Notes: generated by a model from the letters alone, not told the origin. DNA of 57,228 bases from Candidatus Heimdallarchaeota archaeon (GCA_016840095.1 JAEOSZ010000052.1:1-57228); one strand, 5' to 3'. Counted from the stretch's first letter, positions 29,336-39,494 are shown. Program-made: numbers and translations.

Positions 29336-31195
29336 TTACTCATTTAATACATCGAAAATATATTCTTCTATCAATGCATTAATCTTTCTTAATTCTTCAA
29401 GAGACCCATCCCAATCAACTAAAATCTCTTTGTATTCTCTTTCAATAATTTCTATGAGTTGATCTGTCGCAATAGTAATTTGTTCTGATATAGTATTAGC
29501 TATAATAACAACTTGAACTAGTGTTCCTTTTCTTAAAATAATCTGGGTTTCTCCTGCATCTATTGTATGTATTTTGTCGCTATGTATTAGTTCTTTGAGT
29601 AGCATCTGAATAGCTGTCATAGCTCCTGCAAAGATCATATCTTTATCTTTCTCAACTAATTCATTATCTGAACTTACAGAAGCAATGAAACGACCGTCTT
29701 GGTAAATCAATATCGCTTGATAAACAATTGTTTGTCTAGGTTTGGAGAGCACTAACAGTTCTTCAGAACATTTTTCAATTGTCTCTCCTTCAAAAAGCTT
29801 CTTCGATATATTCAGAAGCGATTTTATTTTGATAAAAGCTAATTTGATATCTTGATCCAAGGTTTGTTCTATTTTAGCTCTGAGGAAAATAGGTTTAAAC
29901 ATAGTTAAAATCTCTCCACAAATCTCAGGAATTTTATCATGAGGAGTTTCAAGTAATAGTAAAGAGTATTCTTGCACAGCAATTTCAAGAAATTCATCAG
30001 CATCACTATATTTCTCACTGTTTAAACTCAATACTCCAGCTGAAAGGAAGTTTTTTGATTTTAACTTCCTGATTGTTAGAATGTTATTTAGCATTGAATT
30101 TTTCTGATTTTCAAGCGAAAGGAAATCAAATAAGGATGAAGCAAAAGAGTATGCAGTAATAGCTTTAGTATGCTGACCAATTAAGCTTCGAATGTTTCCT
30201 ATTCCTGCATAAGCTAAAGCTACATCAGGAGTTAATGTTTCAAGATTTTCCAATAATGAGACAGCTTGCATATATTCTATGATACTTTCAGAATACATTC
30301 CTTGTTTCTCAAAGATTGCACCTTTTAATCTATAATAACCAATGAGTGATTTAATAGAAAGCAAATTTAAATTTCCTTCATCAACAGACGAAACGTACTC
30401 TAGCGCAAGTTGAGTATTTTCAATAAAAGTCTTTGATGCACCATAAATTAATGAGTAATCTCTAATATAGTCAGATCTGGAAAATAGATGTTTTGAAAGA
30501 ATAGCTCTGAAAAGAAGTTGTTTTTGTAGTTTATATGAAGTAATAGCTAAATTATACCAATACCGTCCTCTTTCTTCTGAATCAGTTCCGATTAGATATG
30601 AAGAGAAATTCTCTAGTATCAAAGCAATCTCTTCTGTGTTTTCAGATATTTTTTGAAGCATAATAAGAGAATCCAGTAATTTGTTTTCAACCTCTGAAAA
30701 GGAATTATAGAATTCAACTGATTCCTTTGAAAAAACCTGTTTTTCTAAACTCGAGAGAAAGAAATTTAGTAGCAAAGGTATTTTCTCTGCAAATAGTGAT
30801 GGAGTTTCCTTCAAAACCTCTGTTTCTATTTTTTGAAGAAAATATAAGGTGTTTTGGAATACTTCTTCTTGAAATTCAGCTAACAACAATCGCAATTTAG
30901 AAGCTATAAAATTCTGTGAATCATTATTAAAAAAAATAGGGTTGATTACTATCAAAAAATTTACTTCTTGTTCCGATTTCCTATCCATTAGAGTTAGTAC
31001 GTTAACATTAGTACCTAACGATATTTGAATGAGATCAAATCTTCTTGATTCTTGTTGTAGGAGAACTCTAAAGCTGTTCTTAACTGCATTCTGATACTTT
31101 TCATCAAGTTTTCCCTCTAACAGATTTAACTCATTGTCACTAGAATAATTACCTTTAACGAAAAATGTTTGAGCTTCATTGAAAATAATGACCAT
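29336..31195 (-). CDS. TPR-repeat protein with C-terminal longin-like domain
   Basis: TPR-like helices (ALAYAGIGNI..LIGQHTKAI); C-terminal ILIYQDGRFI...IFAGAMTAIQMLLKEL...WDG. Confidence 0.75.
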   Translation of the reverse strand: MVIIFNEAQTFFVKGNYSSDNELNLLEGKLDEKYQNAVKNSFRVLLQQESRRFDLIQISLGTNVNVLTLMDRKSEQEVNFLIVINPIFFNNDSQNFIASKLRLLLAEFQEEVFQNTLYFLQKIETEVLKETPSLFAEKIPLLLNFFLSSLEKQVFSKESVEFYNSFSEVENKLLDSLIMLQKISENTEEIALILENFSSYLIGTDSEERGRYWYNLAITSYKLQKQLLFRAILSKHLFSRSDYIRDYSLIYGASKTFIENTQLALEYVSSVDEGNLNLLSIKSLIGYYRLKGAIFEKQGMYSESIIEYMQAVSLLENLETLTPDVALAYAGIGNIRSLIGQHTKAITAYSFASSLFDFLSLENQKNSMLNNILTIRKLKSKNFLSAGVLSLNSEKYSDADEFLEIAVQEYSLLLLETPHDKIPEICGEILTMFKPIFLRAKIEQTLDQDIKLAFIKIKSLLNISKKLFEGETIEKCSEELLVLSKPRQTIVYQAILIYQDGRFIASVSSDNELVEKDKDMIFAGAMTAIQMLLKELIHSDKIHTIDAGETQIILRKGTLVQVVIIANTISEQITIATDQLIEIIEREYKEILVDWDGSLEELRKINALIEEYIFDVLNE

Positions 31196-31294
31196 TGTTT
31201 TTTAATGTGATTCGAATTATTAATAATTTTTCAATGCTCACAAGAAGTAATCTATGTTTATCCCACAGTATTTATTTACAACTTAATATTAGAT

Positions 31295-32659
31295 ATGCTA
31301 ACAATGAATGACTCCTATGATGTTATTGTTGTTGGTGCAGGTCCTGCAGGTGTAGCAACATCAATCTTTTGCCGAAAGAGAGGATACAAAGTTCTTCTAA
31401 TTGATAAGAAGAAGAAAGAAAAGATAGGAGATAAGGTTTGTGGGGAAGCTATCTCAAAAAAAACTGTTCACACTTTTACAGAGAAGTTAGGTGTGAATCC
31501 TCCTCAAGGTGATGAGGTTAATGCTCTTGTAGAGGAGTTAGTTTTACGAACAGCTTTACCAACTAATCATATTGTTCTTCCTGCTATCGGTTACATGGTT
31601 GATAGGCATAAATTCGGACAAAGGCTACTATCCAAAGCGGTCGATGCAGGAGTTATTCTAAAAGAAAAATTAAGAGTTAAGAAAGCAATAGTGTCTAACA
31701 ATGAAGTAGTTGGTGTATTAGCAAAAGATATCGAAAATAATCTAGTCGAAATTCATTGTAAAATGGTAGTAGATTGTAGTGGAACCATGGCTATAATACG
31801 AACCAGTTTACCTGAAGATTATGAACCATATCTAAACAAGACACTTACCAAGGAAGATTTTGCTCCATGTTATAGAGAGATAATTGAACTGAATGAGGAT
31901 CATGATTTAGAAGGTAAAATCGTTCTGCAATATGAGATGGATATCCCAGAACCTGGTTATATCTGGTTTTTTGCTGATGGAAAAAAACGTTTGAACTGTG
32001 GAACTGGTTTCATCAAAGTAGGGAAACATGCAAAAAAAAGTGTTAAATCTGTATACTTTACAGCCTTAGAAAAATACTATCCAAAAGATTCCTATAGAAC
32101 TATTGATGGAAGAGGAGATGTAGTTCCTATTCGAGCACCTTTATGGAATGCAGTTGGTGGGGGATTGATTGTGGCTGGTGATGCTGCATTTCATGCAGAT
32201 CCTTTAACAGCTGAAGGACATGGACCCGCTTTAGCAGCTGGATGTTTTGCTGGAGAAGTTGCTTGTGAGGCTTTAGAGAAAAACTCATTCAAACTCGATG
32301 ATCTGTGGAAGTATAATATTCTTGTAATGAAAGAATTTGGAGCAGATCATGCTAGAGCAAGGATACTAACAATTGTTCTGGAGAAAATCGGTCCGAAGAA
32401 ATTAGAATTCTTATTAAAGAGAAAAGTGATTAAGCAAGAAGATTTAACTTCAGCTGGAATTCTCAAGAAGAGATCAATTGTAGATTATTTAGATAGAGCT
32501 GTAAGATGTTTTCCTAGATATGGACTTCTGTTAGTAATGAAAAAAGCAATTAGCACTAGCAAAAAAATAGCAAACCATTGTAAGAATTATCCCGCAGAAC
32601 CAGATGGTTTTGAATCATGGAATAGTAGAATACTTGAGATGTACTCCAATCTAGCCTAA
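31295..32659 (+). CDS. Geranylgeranyl reductase family FAD oxidoreductase
   Basis: GAGPAG, KVCGEA, PGYIWFF, GDAA..DPLTAEG. Confidence 0.88.
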   Translation: MLTMNDSYDVIVVGAGPAGVATSIFCRKRGYKVLLIDKKKKEKIGDKVCGEAISKKTVHTFTEKLGVNPPQGDEVNALVEELVLRTALPTNHIVLPAIGYMVDRHKFGQRLLSKAVDAGVILKEKLRVKKAIVSNNEVVGVLAKDIENNLVEIHCKMVVDCSGTMAIIRTSLPEDYEPYLNKTLTKEDFAPCYREIIELNEDHDLEGKIVLQYEMDIPEPGYIWFFADGKKRLNCGTGFIKVGKHAKKSVKSVYFTALEKYYPKDSYRTIDGRGDVVPIRAPLWNAVGGGLIVAGDAAFHADPLTAEGHGPALAAGCFAGEVACEALEKNSFKLDDLWKYNILVMKEFGADHARARILTIVLEKIGPKKLEFLLKRKVIKQEDLTSAGILKKRSIVDYLDRAVRCFPRYGLLLVMKKAISTSKKIANHCKNYPAEPDGFESWNSRILEMYSNLA

Positions 32660-32665
32660 TGATAA

Positions 32666-34297
32666 TCATGAGATATTTTTCTTCAAGGTCTTTATAACTT
32701 GCTTATTTCCAATTGTATGAATATACGGACCTAGCTTTGGACCCCTATCTGTATTTAACAAGAGGTTATAGAGTAACTTAAAGAAGTCTCTTGGTTGAAT
32801 ATCATTATTTCTTGCTGACTCAAAAATAGCTGTTTGTATATCATCTGCTGTTTCAGCTGATTCCAATATCTTGATCAAAGATTGAATAGCAGATTTTTGC
32901 TGGTCATTTAGTTTGATTGTTACTTCTTCCATTTGTTCAAAATCTGCAACCCAGTTTTCAGCATAATGTATTCTTTCTTTGATATCTTCAAAGTTGGATT
33001 CACCACGTAAGTAACCATATTCTTCCAATCTGGAACTCAAGAAATCTTCACGTTCAGTTTCAGTTTTAGGTGCCACTGCAACTAAATTGACCAATAAAGT
33101 ATATGGAACTTGAATAGAAGCTTTCTCTGGTGGATTTAGGTGCCAACAATACTCGAATAAACCTTTTAGTTTACGTTTGCGAGCTTGATTACCTTCCTTA
33201 ATCTTACCGAAGTACACATTTTCAAGAAAATCAATTTCTTTCATATAATTAGGAATATCTTCAACTGCAAGATTTCTTGATCCAGCCATCCGTTTGTAAG
33301 TCAATAATGCTAAAGATTGAGGAGATCCATATTTATACCATACTTGAGGAGTTATAACATTTCCAGCAGATTTTGATATTTTTGAACCACCTTTATCAAG
33401 AAACATCTCATATCTAGCATGGGTTGGAGGTTCATAGTCTAGAATTTGTTTGCACACTTCATCATTGCAAGTAACAGATTCAAAGATATCTTTGCCAAAT
33501 GCTTCAAAGTCTACTTGTTGGAGTTCCCATCTTGCAGCAAATTCAACTTTCCAGTTTAATTTACCTTCAGCCTTATTTATGTTAGCAAAGCCATGATGAC
33601 TACATCCTTCCTGTAAACTACCACCGATTTCAACATCTCTACAATGGTATTCAACTAAATCCTTCTTGTCATCAAATGACATTGCTTGAGTGGTATAGAG
33701 TTTACCACAGTTTTCACAAATGGCATGATATGGTAGAACTTCAAGATATTTCTCTTGTCCAGTTGTATCGTAGACTATCTGTCCAGCTAATTCTGCCTTA
33801 TTTAGTATTTTTCTAACTTGGGGGGCCATCTTGCCTGTTTTATACAAGTTATATGCAGATACAGGTGTAAACTCAATGCCTGCTTCTTTTATTGTTTCAT
33901 TAAGTAAAGATGACATATGTTGACCAAAGCTGTCATGACAACCCCATGGATCTGGAACCATTGAAACTGGTTTGCCAAGATGTTCTTTTAACTCAGGTGG
34001 TATTCCTTCAGGTACTTTCCTAAATCCATCTAAATCATCTGCAAATGCTAAAAATTCTGCTTTTCGACCCAAATCTTCAATAGCTAATTTGAATGCATAA
34101 GCTCTTGATGCATCAGCAAATGAACCGATATGTGGAAAACCAGACGCTCCTAATCCACTTTCAGTTCGAATAATCTCAGGATGATCTCCTTTCAAATTAT
34201 CTTTTCGATTGAGGACATCTAATGCGAGCTTGTCTATCCATGTACCTCTTCCGATAACTTCACCGGTATCTTCTCCAAAGTCAAAATCTTGGGACAT
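32666..34297 (-). CDS. lysK: Class I lysyl-tRNA synthetase
   Basis: SGFPHIGS, DDLDGFRKVP, KLNWKVEF, KISKSAGN, GPKLG. Confidence 0.96.
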   Translation of the reverse strand: MSQDFDFGEDTGEVIGRGTWIDKLALDVLNRKDNLKGDHPEIIRTESGLGASGFPHIGSFADASRAYAFKLAIEDLGRKAEFLAFADDLDGFRKVPEGIPPELKEHLGKPVSMVPDPWGCHDSFGQHMSSLLNETIKEAGIEFTPVSAYNLYKTGKMAPQVRKILNKAELAGQIVYDTTGQEKYLEVLPYHAICENCGKLYTTQAMSFDDKKDLVEYHCRDVEIGGSLQEGCSHHGFANINKAEGKLNWKVEFAARWELQQVDFEAFGKDIFESVTCNDEVCKQILDYEPPTHARYEMFLDKGGSKISKSAGNVITPQVWYKYGSPQSLALLTYKRMAGSRNLAVEDIPNYMKEIDFLENVYFGKIKEGNQARKRKLKGLFEYCWHLNPPEKASIQVPYTLLVNLVAVAPKTETEREDFLSSRLEEYGYLRGESNFEDIKERIHYAENWVADFEQMEEVTIKLNDQQKSAIQSLIKILESAETADDIQTAIFESARNNDIQPRDFFKLLYNLLLNTDRGPKLGPYIHTIGNKQVIKTLKKNIS

Positions 34298-34311
34298 TTT
34301 TCATCAACCTT

Positions 34312-34339
34312 CTTAAGTTAACTTCTAACTTAAGTTAAC
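34312..34339. promoter_or_regulatory. Repeat/palindrome upstream of lysK, candidate operator
   Basis: CTTAAGTTAAC at 34312 and 34329; CTTAAGTTA...TAACTTAAG dyad; TATA-like element at 34351-34358 on the minus strand. Confidence 0.35.
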
Positions 34340-34415
34340 GCACCAGCTGCTATTTATATTAGTTGCTCTTGCAAATAGTAAATAAAAGAAAAAAGATGAG
34401 AATTTGATTATGACC

Positions 34416-34736
34416 CTAGTTCTCCTTCTTTATTATAGGTTCTTCAAAGAAGAACGGAGAATATTCGGGATCTTTTCTCAAAATCTCCAATACTTTTTCA
34501 CCTGATTCGGTAATTGACCAACCCCTTTCCTCTTGTTGGATTAATCCTAATTGTGTGAGTGAGTTAGAATGCTTACCAGTTTTGATGTGTGATCTTATTG
34601 TGTCAAGACCAATACGAAGCTTCTTAGACAACTTCTTGTATCCAGCTTCTCCTTTGGTAAGTTCAATGAGGATAAGGCGTTTGGTTCGACCTAGTCTACT
34701 GACTAGAGTTTCTAGCGTCTCTCCATTTTCTACCAC
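34416..34736 (-). CDS. Winged-helix HTH transcriptional regulator
   Basis: LILIEL...YKKLSKKLRIGLDTIRSHI...LGLI...WSITESGEKVL. Confidence 0.75.
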   Translation of the reverse strand: MVENGETLETLVSRLGRTKRLILIELTKGEAGYKKLSKKLRIGLDTIRSHIKTGKHSNSLTQLGLIQQEERGWSITESGEKVLEILRKDPEYSPFFFEEPIIKKEN

Positions 34737-34882
34737 TCATATCACCGGATAGGAGGTAGTATAGATATTATTAACGATTTAAAAATCAACCGCTTGTCTT
34801 TGTAGAATTTCTAGATGGCTTTAGAGCTGTTCCTTTTCCCTCAACAATACATTTAAGAGAAAGCACCGAGCTATTTTTTTAG

Positions 34883-35983
34883 ATGTCTCAGAAGATTTGT
34901 TTTAGTGTTTTTGATGATACAGTAGGAGTGAAAGTTCTACTCCATGATGAGTTAACAGAAGAAGAATCTCATAAAGTATCCATACGAATGTTATCTGGTG
35001 CGGCAGCTGCAGATATCTTAAGAGAAGCTAGTGCAGTAATGCCTTTAATGGATATAGGGGGAGTTGCTTATTCATTCTTCTTTGGTATTCCATGTAAAAG
35101 CAAAAGATCACCTATTACAATGGCTTGTTTAACCTATATTATTGATGAAGATATGCAATCTCAACTTTATACAAAAGTTCCAGTGTTCAACTATCATAGT
35201 TCTAACATTGCAAAACAACTTGCTGGTCTTCTTCTCTATGAACCAGGATATGAGTTAGATGAAGCACTAAAAATGAGAGTTAGAGGATGGGCTACTAACC
35301 TTACTTCTATAATGCAAACTAGACAAGAAACTGTAGCAGGAGCAGAAACAGTAGAAATTGTCAGGGCTGAAGCTTCACCATACTTCTTTATGAGACTTAT
35401 TAATAAAGGACAAGATAGGGTTGTTGATGCTTTATTAATAGGAAAACCAGTAGTTGTGGTATGCTCACAAGAAATGGTTAAACCTTTACTTTCATCTCTG
35501 CAATCCTTCCAACCCAGAAGAGAACTTCTTGTTTCACTCTTCCCAAGAGATTATGTACCTCCAGATCAATTTGATGTTCTTTTTGCAACATCTGATCAAG
35601 TTTCAAATTATCCAGATAATGTCATTTGTGATTTAACTGCAGGACAAGCAAAAGGTGGAGAAGAGAGTGCCTTTAGTAAACAATTATTGCTTAAATTACA
35701 GCAAGATGCTGAAGGTGGAGGAGATGATCACAAAAATATCATTGATTCATCCATACGTAATTTGGAAGGAGAAGTTGTGAAGATTATCAGATACTCTGGA
35801 ACAAGTATTATATCACAATATTATGCTTTAACCACAAATCCGAAACAGCAGTTTGCCAATTTGGAAGAAGCAGAAATCGATATGGCATTCCAAATAGCTT
35901 TCACTCGTTATCCTGAATATACTAATAGTATTGATAAGTTATATCAAGATGTTACAGGTAAGAAAAGACGTTTCAATATCTAA
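34883..35983 (+). CDS. DENN/folliculin-like protein (uDENN longin plus core DENN)
   Basis: FSVFDDTVG start typical of uDENN; VVDALLIGKPVVVV...LSSLQSFQP...VICDL pattern of cDENN. Confidence 0.65.
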   Translation: MSQKICFSVFDDTVGVKVLLHDELTEEESHKVSIRMLSGAAAADILREASAVMPLMDIGGVAYSFFFGIPCKSKRSPITMACLTYIIDEDMQSQLYTKVPVFNYHSSNIAKQLAGLLLYEPGYELDEALKMRVRGWATNLTSIMQTRQETVAGAETVEIVRAEASPYFFMRLINKGQDRVVDALLIGKPVVVVCSQEMVKPLLSSLQSFQPRRELLVSLFPRDYVPPDQFDVLFATSDQVSNYPDNVICDLTAGQAKGGEESAFSKQLLLKLQQDAEGGGDDHKNIIDSSIRNLEGEVVKIIRYSGTSIISQYYALTTNPKQQFANLEEAEIDMAFQIAFTRYPEYTNSIDKLYQDVTGKKRRFNI

Positions 35984-36052
35984 TTCATCATATTCTGTTC
36001 TTCTATTTCTTTTTCCCTATACTTTTTATTTAAGTAAGTTCAAGTTTCAATA

Positions 36053-36808
36053 ATGAATATAGACACCGTTATAGAAACAGTCGTTGAAAAAAAACCAAAA
36101 ATTGTTTCTGTAGTTGGGGCAGGAATTTCAAAAGCATCTGGCATGCCAACTTTTAGAGGAGAAGATGGCTTATGGAATAATTATAGAGCTGAGGAGTTAG
36201 CTACACCATATGCTTTTTCAAGGGATCCAAAGCTCGTTTGGGATTGGTATAGAGCAAGAATGAGGATTCTTCTTGAAGCTGAACCCAACCCAGCACATTG
36301 TTCTCTCACAAAGCTTGAAGAAAAAAATATCTCTACTGGAATTATCACCCAGAATGTTGATGGATTACATGAGATTGCTGGTTCAAAAAAGATTGTTGAA
36401 GTACATGGTAGAATAAGGTATAGAAGATGTGTAAATTGTGATCACTTTGAAAGATGGGATAGCAATGAGAAAGCCCAAAAAAGTATTGAATTACCTTATT
36501 GTCCTAAGTGCGAAACCAATCTTTTACGACCAGATGTTGTTTGGTTTGGAGAAACTTTAGATTCTCAAAGTTGGCAACAAGCTGCTGAATGGACTATGCA
36601 ATCTAATGTTATGCTCGTAATAGGAACATCTGGAGTTGTAGCTCCTGTATCGACTTTACCAATTTATGCAAAACAAAACAATTCTCTTGTTATTGAGTTT
36701 AATATTGAGCAAACCCCAATTTCAGGTTATTGTGATTATTCATTATTTGGCCCTTGTGAAGAAACTTTACCAGAATTTACTGACAAATTGATTGAAAGAA
36801 TGAAGTGA
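36053..36808 (+). CDS. cobB: Sir2-family NAD-dependent protein deacylase
   Basis: GAGISKASG.PTFRG, TQNVDGLH, HG, two CxxC, RPDVVWFGE, GTS. Confidence 0.95.
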   Translation: MNIDTVIETVVEKKPKIVSVVGAGISKASGMPTFRGEDGLWNNYRAEELATPYAFSRDPKLVWDWYRARMRILLEAEPNPAHCSLTKLEEKNISTGIITQNVDGLHEIAGSKKIVEVHGRIRYRRCVNCDHFERWDSNEKAQKSIELPYCPKCETNLLRPDVVWFGETLDSQSWQQAAEWTMQSNVMLVIGTSGVVAPVSTLPIYAKQNNSLVIEFNIEQTPISGYCDYSLFGPCEETLPEFTDKLIERMK

Positions 36809-36818
36809 TGGTGAGATA

Positions 36819-37100
36819 ATGGTTGATGAAAAAAGAGTAGAAATCAAAGTAATTGGTTTAGTTCAAGGAGTTTTCTTTAGGGCTACAACAAGAGATGTAG
36901 CAAGAAAATTGGGATTAAAGGGGACTGTTAGAAATATGCGTGATGGATCTGTTGAAATTATAGCAGAAGGAGCTGAAGAAAAATTAAACCAATTGATTGA
37001 ATTTGCTAAACAAGGTCCTTCTTCAGCTAAAGTTTATGATACTCAAATTAAGTGGGAACAAGCTAAAGGTGATATGTCTTATTTTAGAATTTCATTTTAG
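36819..37100 (+). CDS. acyP: Acylphosphatase
   Basis: GLVQGVFFR, GTVRN..DGSVE. Confidence 0.95.
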   Translation: MVDEKRVEIKVIGLVQGVFFRATTRDVARKLGLKGTVRNMRDGSVEIIAEGAEEKLNQLIEFAKQGPSSAKVYDTQIKWEQAKGDMSYFRISF

Positions 37101-37153
37101 TCAGATATTAACATTAAAAAGCAGAAGTTGTAATCAATTCATGAGGAATTGTT

Positions 37154-37834
37154 TTGTCTGATGAATTAGAAAAGCAAATTAGAGAAAGAATAGTTGAGTT
37201 GAATCTCAAAGACACTGAATTAGTTCATTTTGGGTCAATAGCTAAACTTCCGACTCAGTTCGGAGATTTCAATATTATTGGACTACTCAGTCTTAGAGAT
37301 ATGAAAGAACATGCAGTTATTGTTAAAGGAAATCCTGTAGGTAAAGAAGACATCCCTGTCCGCATTCATTCAGAGTGTTTAACAGGAGATGCTTTTACGT
37401 CTTTACGTTGTGACTGCAGAGAACAACTAGAATTTGCTCTCAACTATCTTTCTCAACAAAAACATGGCCTTTTGATATATCTTCGTCAAGAAGGGAGAGG
37501 AATAGGTTTGTTCAACAAACTCAAAGCATACACACTTCAAGAAATTGGATATGATACTAATGAAGCGAATGAAGCTTTAGGTTTTAGAGCAGATGAGCGA
37601 TCATATCTTGTTGCTGTAGATATTTTGCAAGCTTTGAAAATTCACTGTATCAAACTACTAACAAATAATCCGAAAAAAGTTTCTGAGTTATGTGGAAGTG
37701 ATATAGAAGTAATGGATAGAATTCCTATTGCAATTACTCCTAATGTTTACAATGTTAAGTATCTTTCAACAAAGAGTGAAGATGGACACTTAATGGGGTC
37801 AGAATCACTTTACTGTCAAGATGAAAATGAGTGA
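37154..37834 (+). CDS. ribA: GTP cyclohydrolase II
   Basis: RIHSECLTGD, RCDC, RQEGRGIG, LLTNNPKK. Confidence 0.95.
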   Translation: MSDELEKQIRERIVELNLKDTELVHFGSIAKLPTQFGDFNIIGLLSLRDMKEHAVIVKGNPVGKEDIPVRIHSECLTGDAFTSLRCDCREQLEFALNYLSQQKHGLLIYLRQEGRGIGLFNKLKAYTLQEIGYDTNEANEALGFRADERSYLVAVDILQALKIHCIKLLTNNPKKVSELCGSDIEVMDRIPIAITPNVYNVKYLSTKSEDGHLMGSESLYCQDENE

Positions 37835-37844
37835 TTGTTGAAGA

Positions 37845-38555
37845 TTACTCTTTAACTTCTGTTTCTTCCTCTTCAAGTTCTTCCCATTCGTCTTCAGGGT
37901 TAGTTTCTTCTTCAGAAGTAGTTTCTTCTTTAGAGGTAGTTTCTTCTTCTGTATCCTTATCATCTTTAGATTTGGATAGAAGTTCTTCCAATTGTTGTTG
38001 ATCTTCTTCTGAGAGTGATTCCATTGCTTCCTGACTTTTCTTCATTATGTTTGCTAAAACCATTGTATAAAGCAAAGGTAGAATTGCACTGGTATTTGAA
38101 ACAGCTGTAAAATGATTTCTTGCTCTTTCTCTAGCCATTTCTAATGTCTCAGATGTCATAGATCCATTTCCAAGACCAGGAGAATCATTATCTACTAAAT
38201 AGAATTTTTCACCATTATAAGCAAGTGGATATGATGAACAATATAGGGGCATAGAAGAATATACATTACAGATTTTATTGGTGTAATCATATAATGGACA
38301 ACCAGATGGATTTGGATCATCTTCTATTTCAGCTTTTTTCAAAATTAAACGCACATAGGAAGGAGGAATTTCCTGCAATTGCAGAAATGGTAAAACATGG
38401 TGTATTGTTCCATCAGCAATCCAATTTTGAAAATCTTCTATATAGACAGGTATTTCTGTCCACTTTTCACAACAAGCCCCACATTTTGTACAATTATGTA
38501 CATATTTCTTTGATTCTGTATTCTTTGATTCTTTTGATGATTCCGAATCGCTCAT
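37845..38555 (-). CDS. YkgJ/UPF0153 (CxxCxxCC) Fe-S/zinc protein with acidic tail
   Basis: CTKCGACC, GCPLY..KIC.VY..P.YC..YP; ATG at 38555 avoids overlap with the GTPase gene. Confidence 0.85.
   Translation of the reverse strand: MSDSESSKESKNTESKKYVHNCTKCGACCEKWTEIPVYIEDFQNWIADGTIHHVLPFLQLQEIPPSYVRLILKKAEIEDDPNPSGCPLYDYTNKICNVYSSMPLYCSSYPLAYNGEKFYLVDNDSPGLGNGSMTSETLEMARERARNHFTAVSNTSAILPLLYTMVLANIMKKSQEAMESLSEEDQQQLEELLSKSKDDKDTEEETTSKEETTSEEETNPEDEWEELEEEETEVKE
37901..37950. repeat. Three imperfect 18-bp coding repeats (EETTSK/EETTSE/EETNPE)
   Basis: TAGTTTCTTCTT recurs at 18-nt spacing. Confidence 0.6.
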
Positions 38556-38622
38556 ATTATCACGTCTAAAAGTAAACAAATTAAAGATTTTTCGATAGTT
38601 ATTAAAAAATTGATACTTGAGA

Positions 38623-39288
38623 TTATTCCCCGTAAATCTCTCGTTTAATGGTCTCGAAGATACCATCGATTGTTTCATCCATTTGCTCAGTCTTATCAAT
38701 TGCTGATATTGCTTCCCAGTAATGACCACTGCTAGGATATCGCTCCTTGAGATGATTCCAGACAGTTAAATATTTCTCCTTAATCAGTTCGTCAGCTTTT
38801 CCTTTACTATTATCAAGAAGATCTATTTTGTTAACTACAAGGAAGAAAATAGCTTTTACTTTTCTTGCTTTTCTTTCTGCTCTGACAACATCATCATCAA
38901 GAGTCATTAGATAATAATTGGAAACTTGTGTAAGTGCATCTATTTGAACTTTCGAATCTTGTGTAGGATCGATAAGAAAGATAATTCCATTTGTATTATA
39001 ATCAGCTAAAGCCTTCTTCCAGTATGGCCACAAACTCATATCCCCAGGACAATCAATAGCTCTAACTCTATAACTCCTATACTTCTCCAAACTTAGTACA
39101 GATTGATAGGATTGGCTCCTTAATCGTATTGTTTTCTGGTGAACCTCAATACTAGTTGTGGGGCTGATGTCTTCAATATCTTCACCTTTTAAACGGTGTA
39201 TAAGAGTAGTTTTACCTGCTCCTGTGTTTCCTAATACAGTTACGCTCAAGTCTCTTGTTAACATCTTAAACAATAATTTTAACTCCAA
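38623..39288 (-). CDS. Ras-superfamily small GTPase (divergent)
   Basis: G1 GNTGAGKTT, PTT, G3 DCPGD, G4 NKID, G5 SAI. Confidence 0.88.
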   Translation of the reverse strand: MELKLLFKMLTRDLSVTVLGNTGAGKTTLIHRLKGEDIEDISPTTSIEVHQKTIRLRSQSYQSVLSLEKYRSYRVRAIDCPGDMSLWPYWKKALADYNTNGIIFLIDPTQDSKVQIDALTQVSNYYLMTLDDDVVRAERKARKVKAIFFLVVNKIDLLDNSKGKADELIKEKYLTVWNHLKERYPSSGHYWEAISAIDKTEQMDETIDGIFETIKREIYGE

Positions 39289-39494
39289 AGAACTATTTCA
39301 AGTTTTCCTCAGAGGAATTGAAAATCTAGACACAAAATTGAGCAAATTCAGCACTAGAAAGCATGAAAGCAATTACTTAATTTAATAAATGATATAATTA
39401 ATATTTTATTATATATATAAACCAATACACAAATAAAACTTTAAATAACTAAATTTTTCACAGCGGACAGCGCTATAAATTGTGGTTAATTTTA

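Noticed and set aside
38556-38729. N-terminal extension of the YkgJ ORF in the track
   Set aside because: Overlaps the GTPase gene in another frame; ATG at 38555 gives a normal protein.
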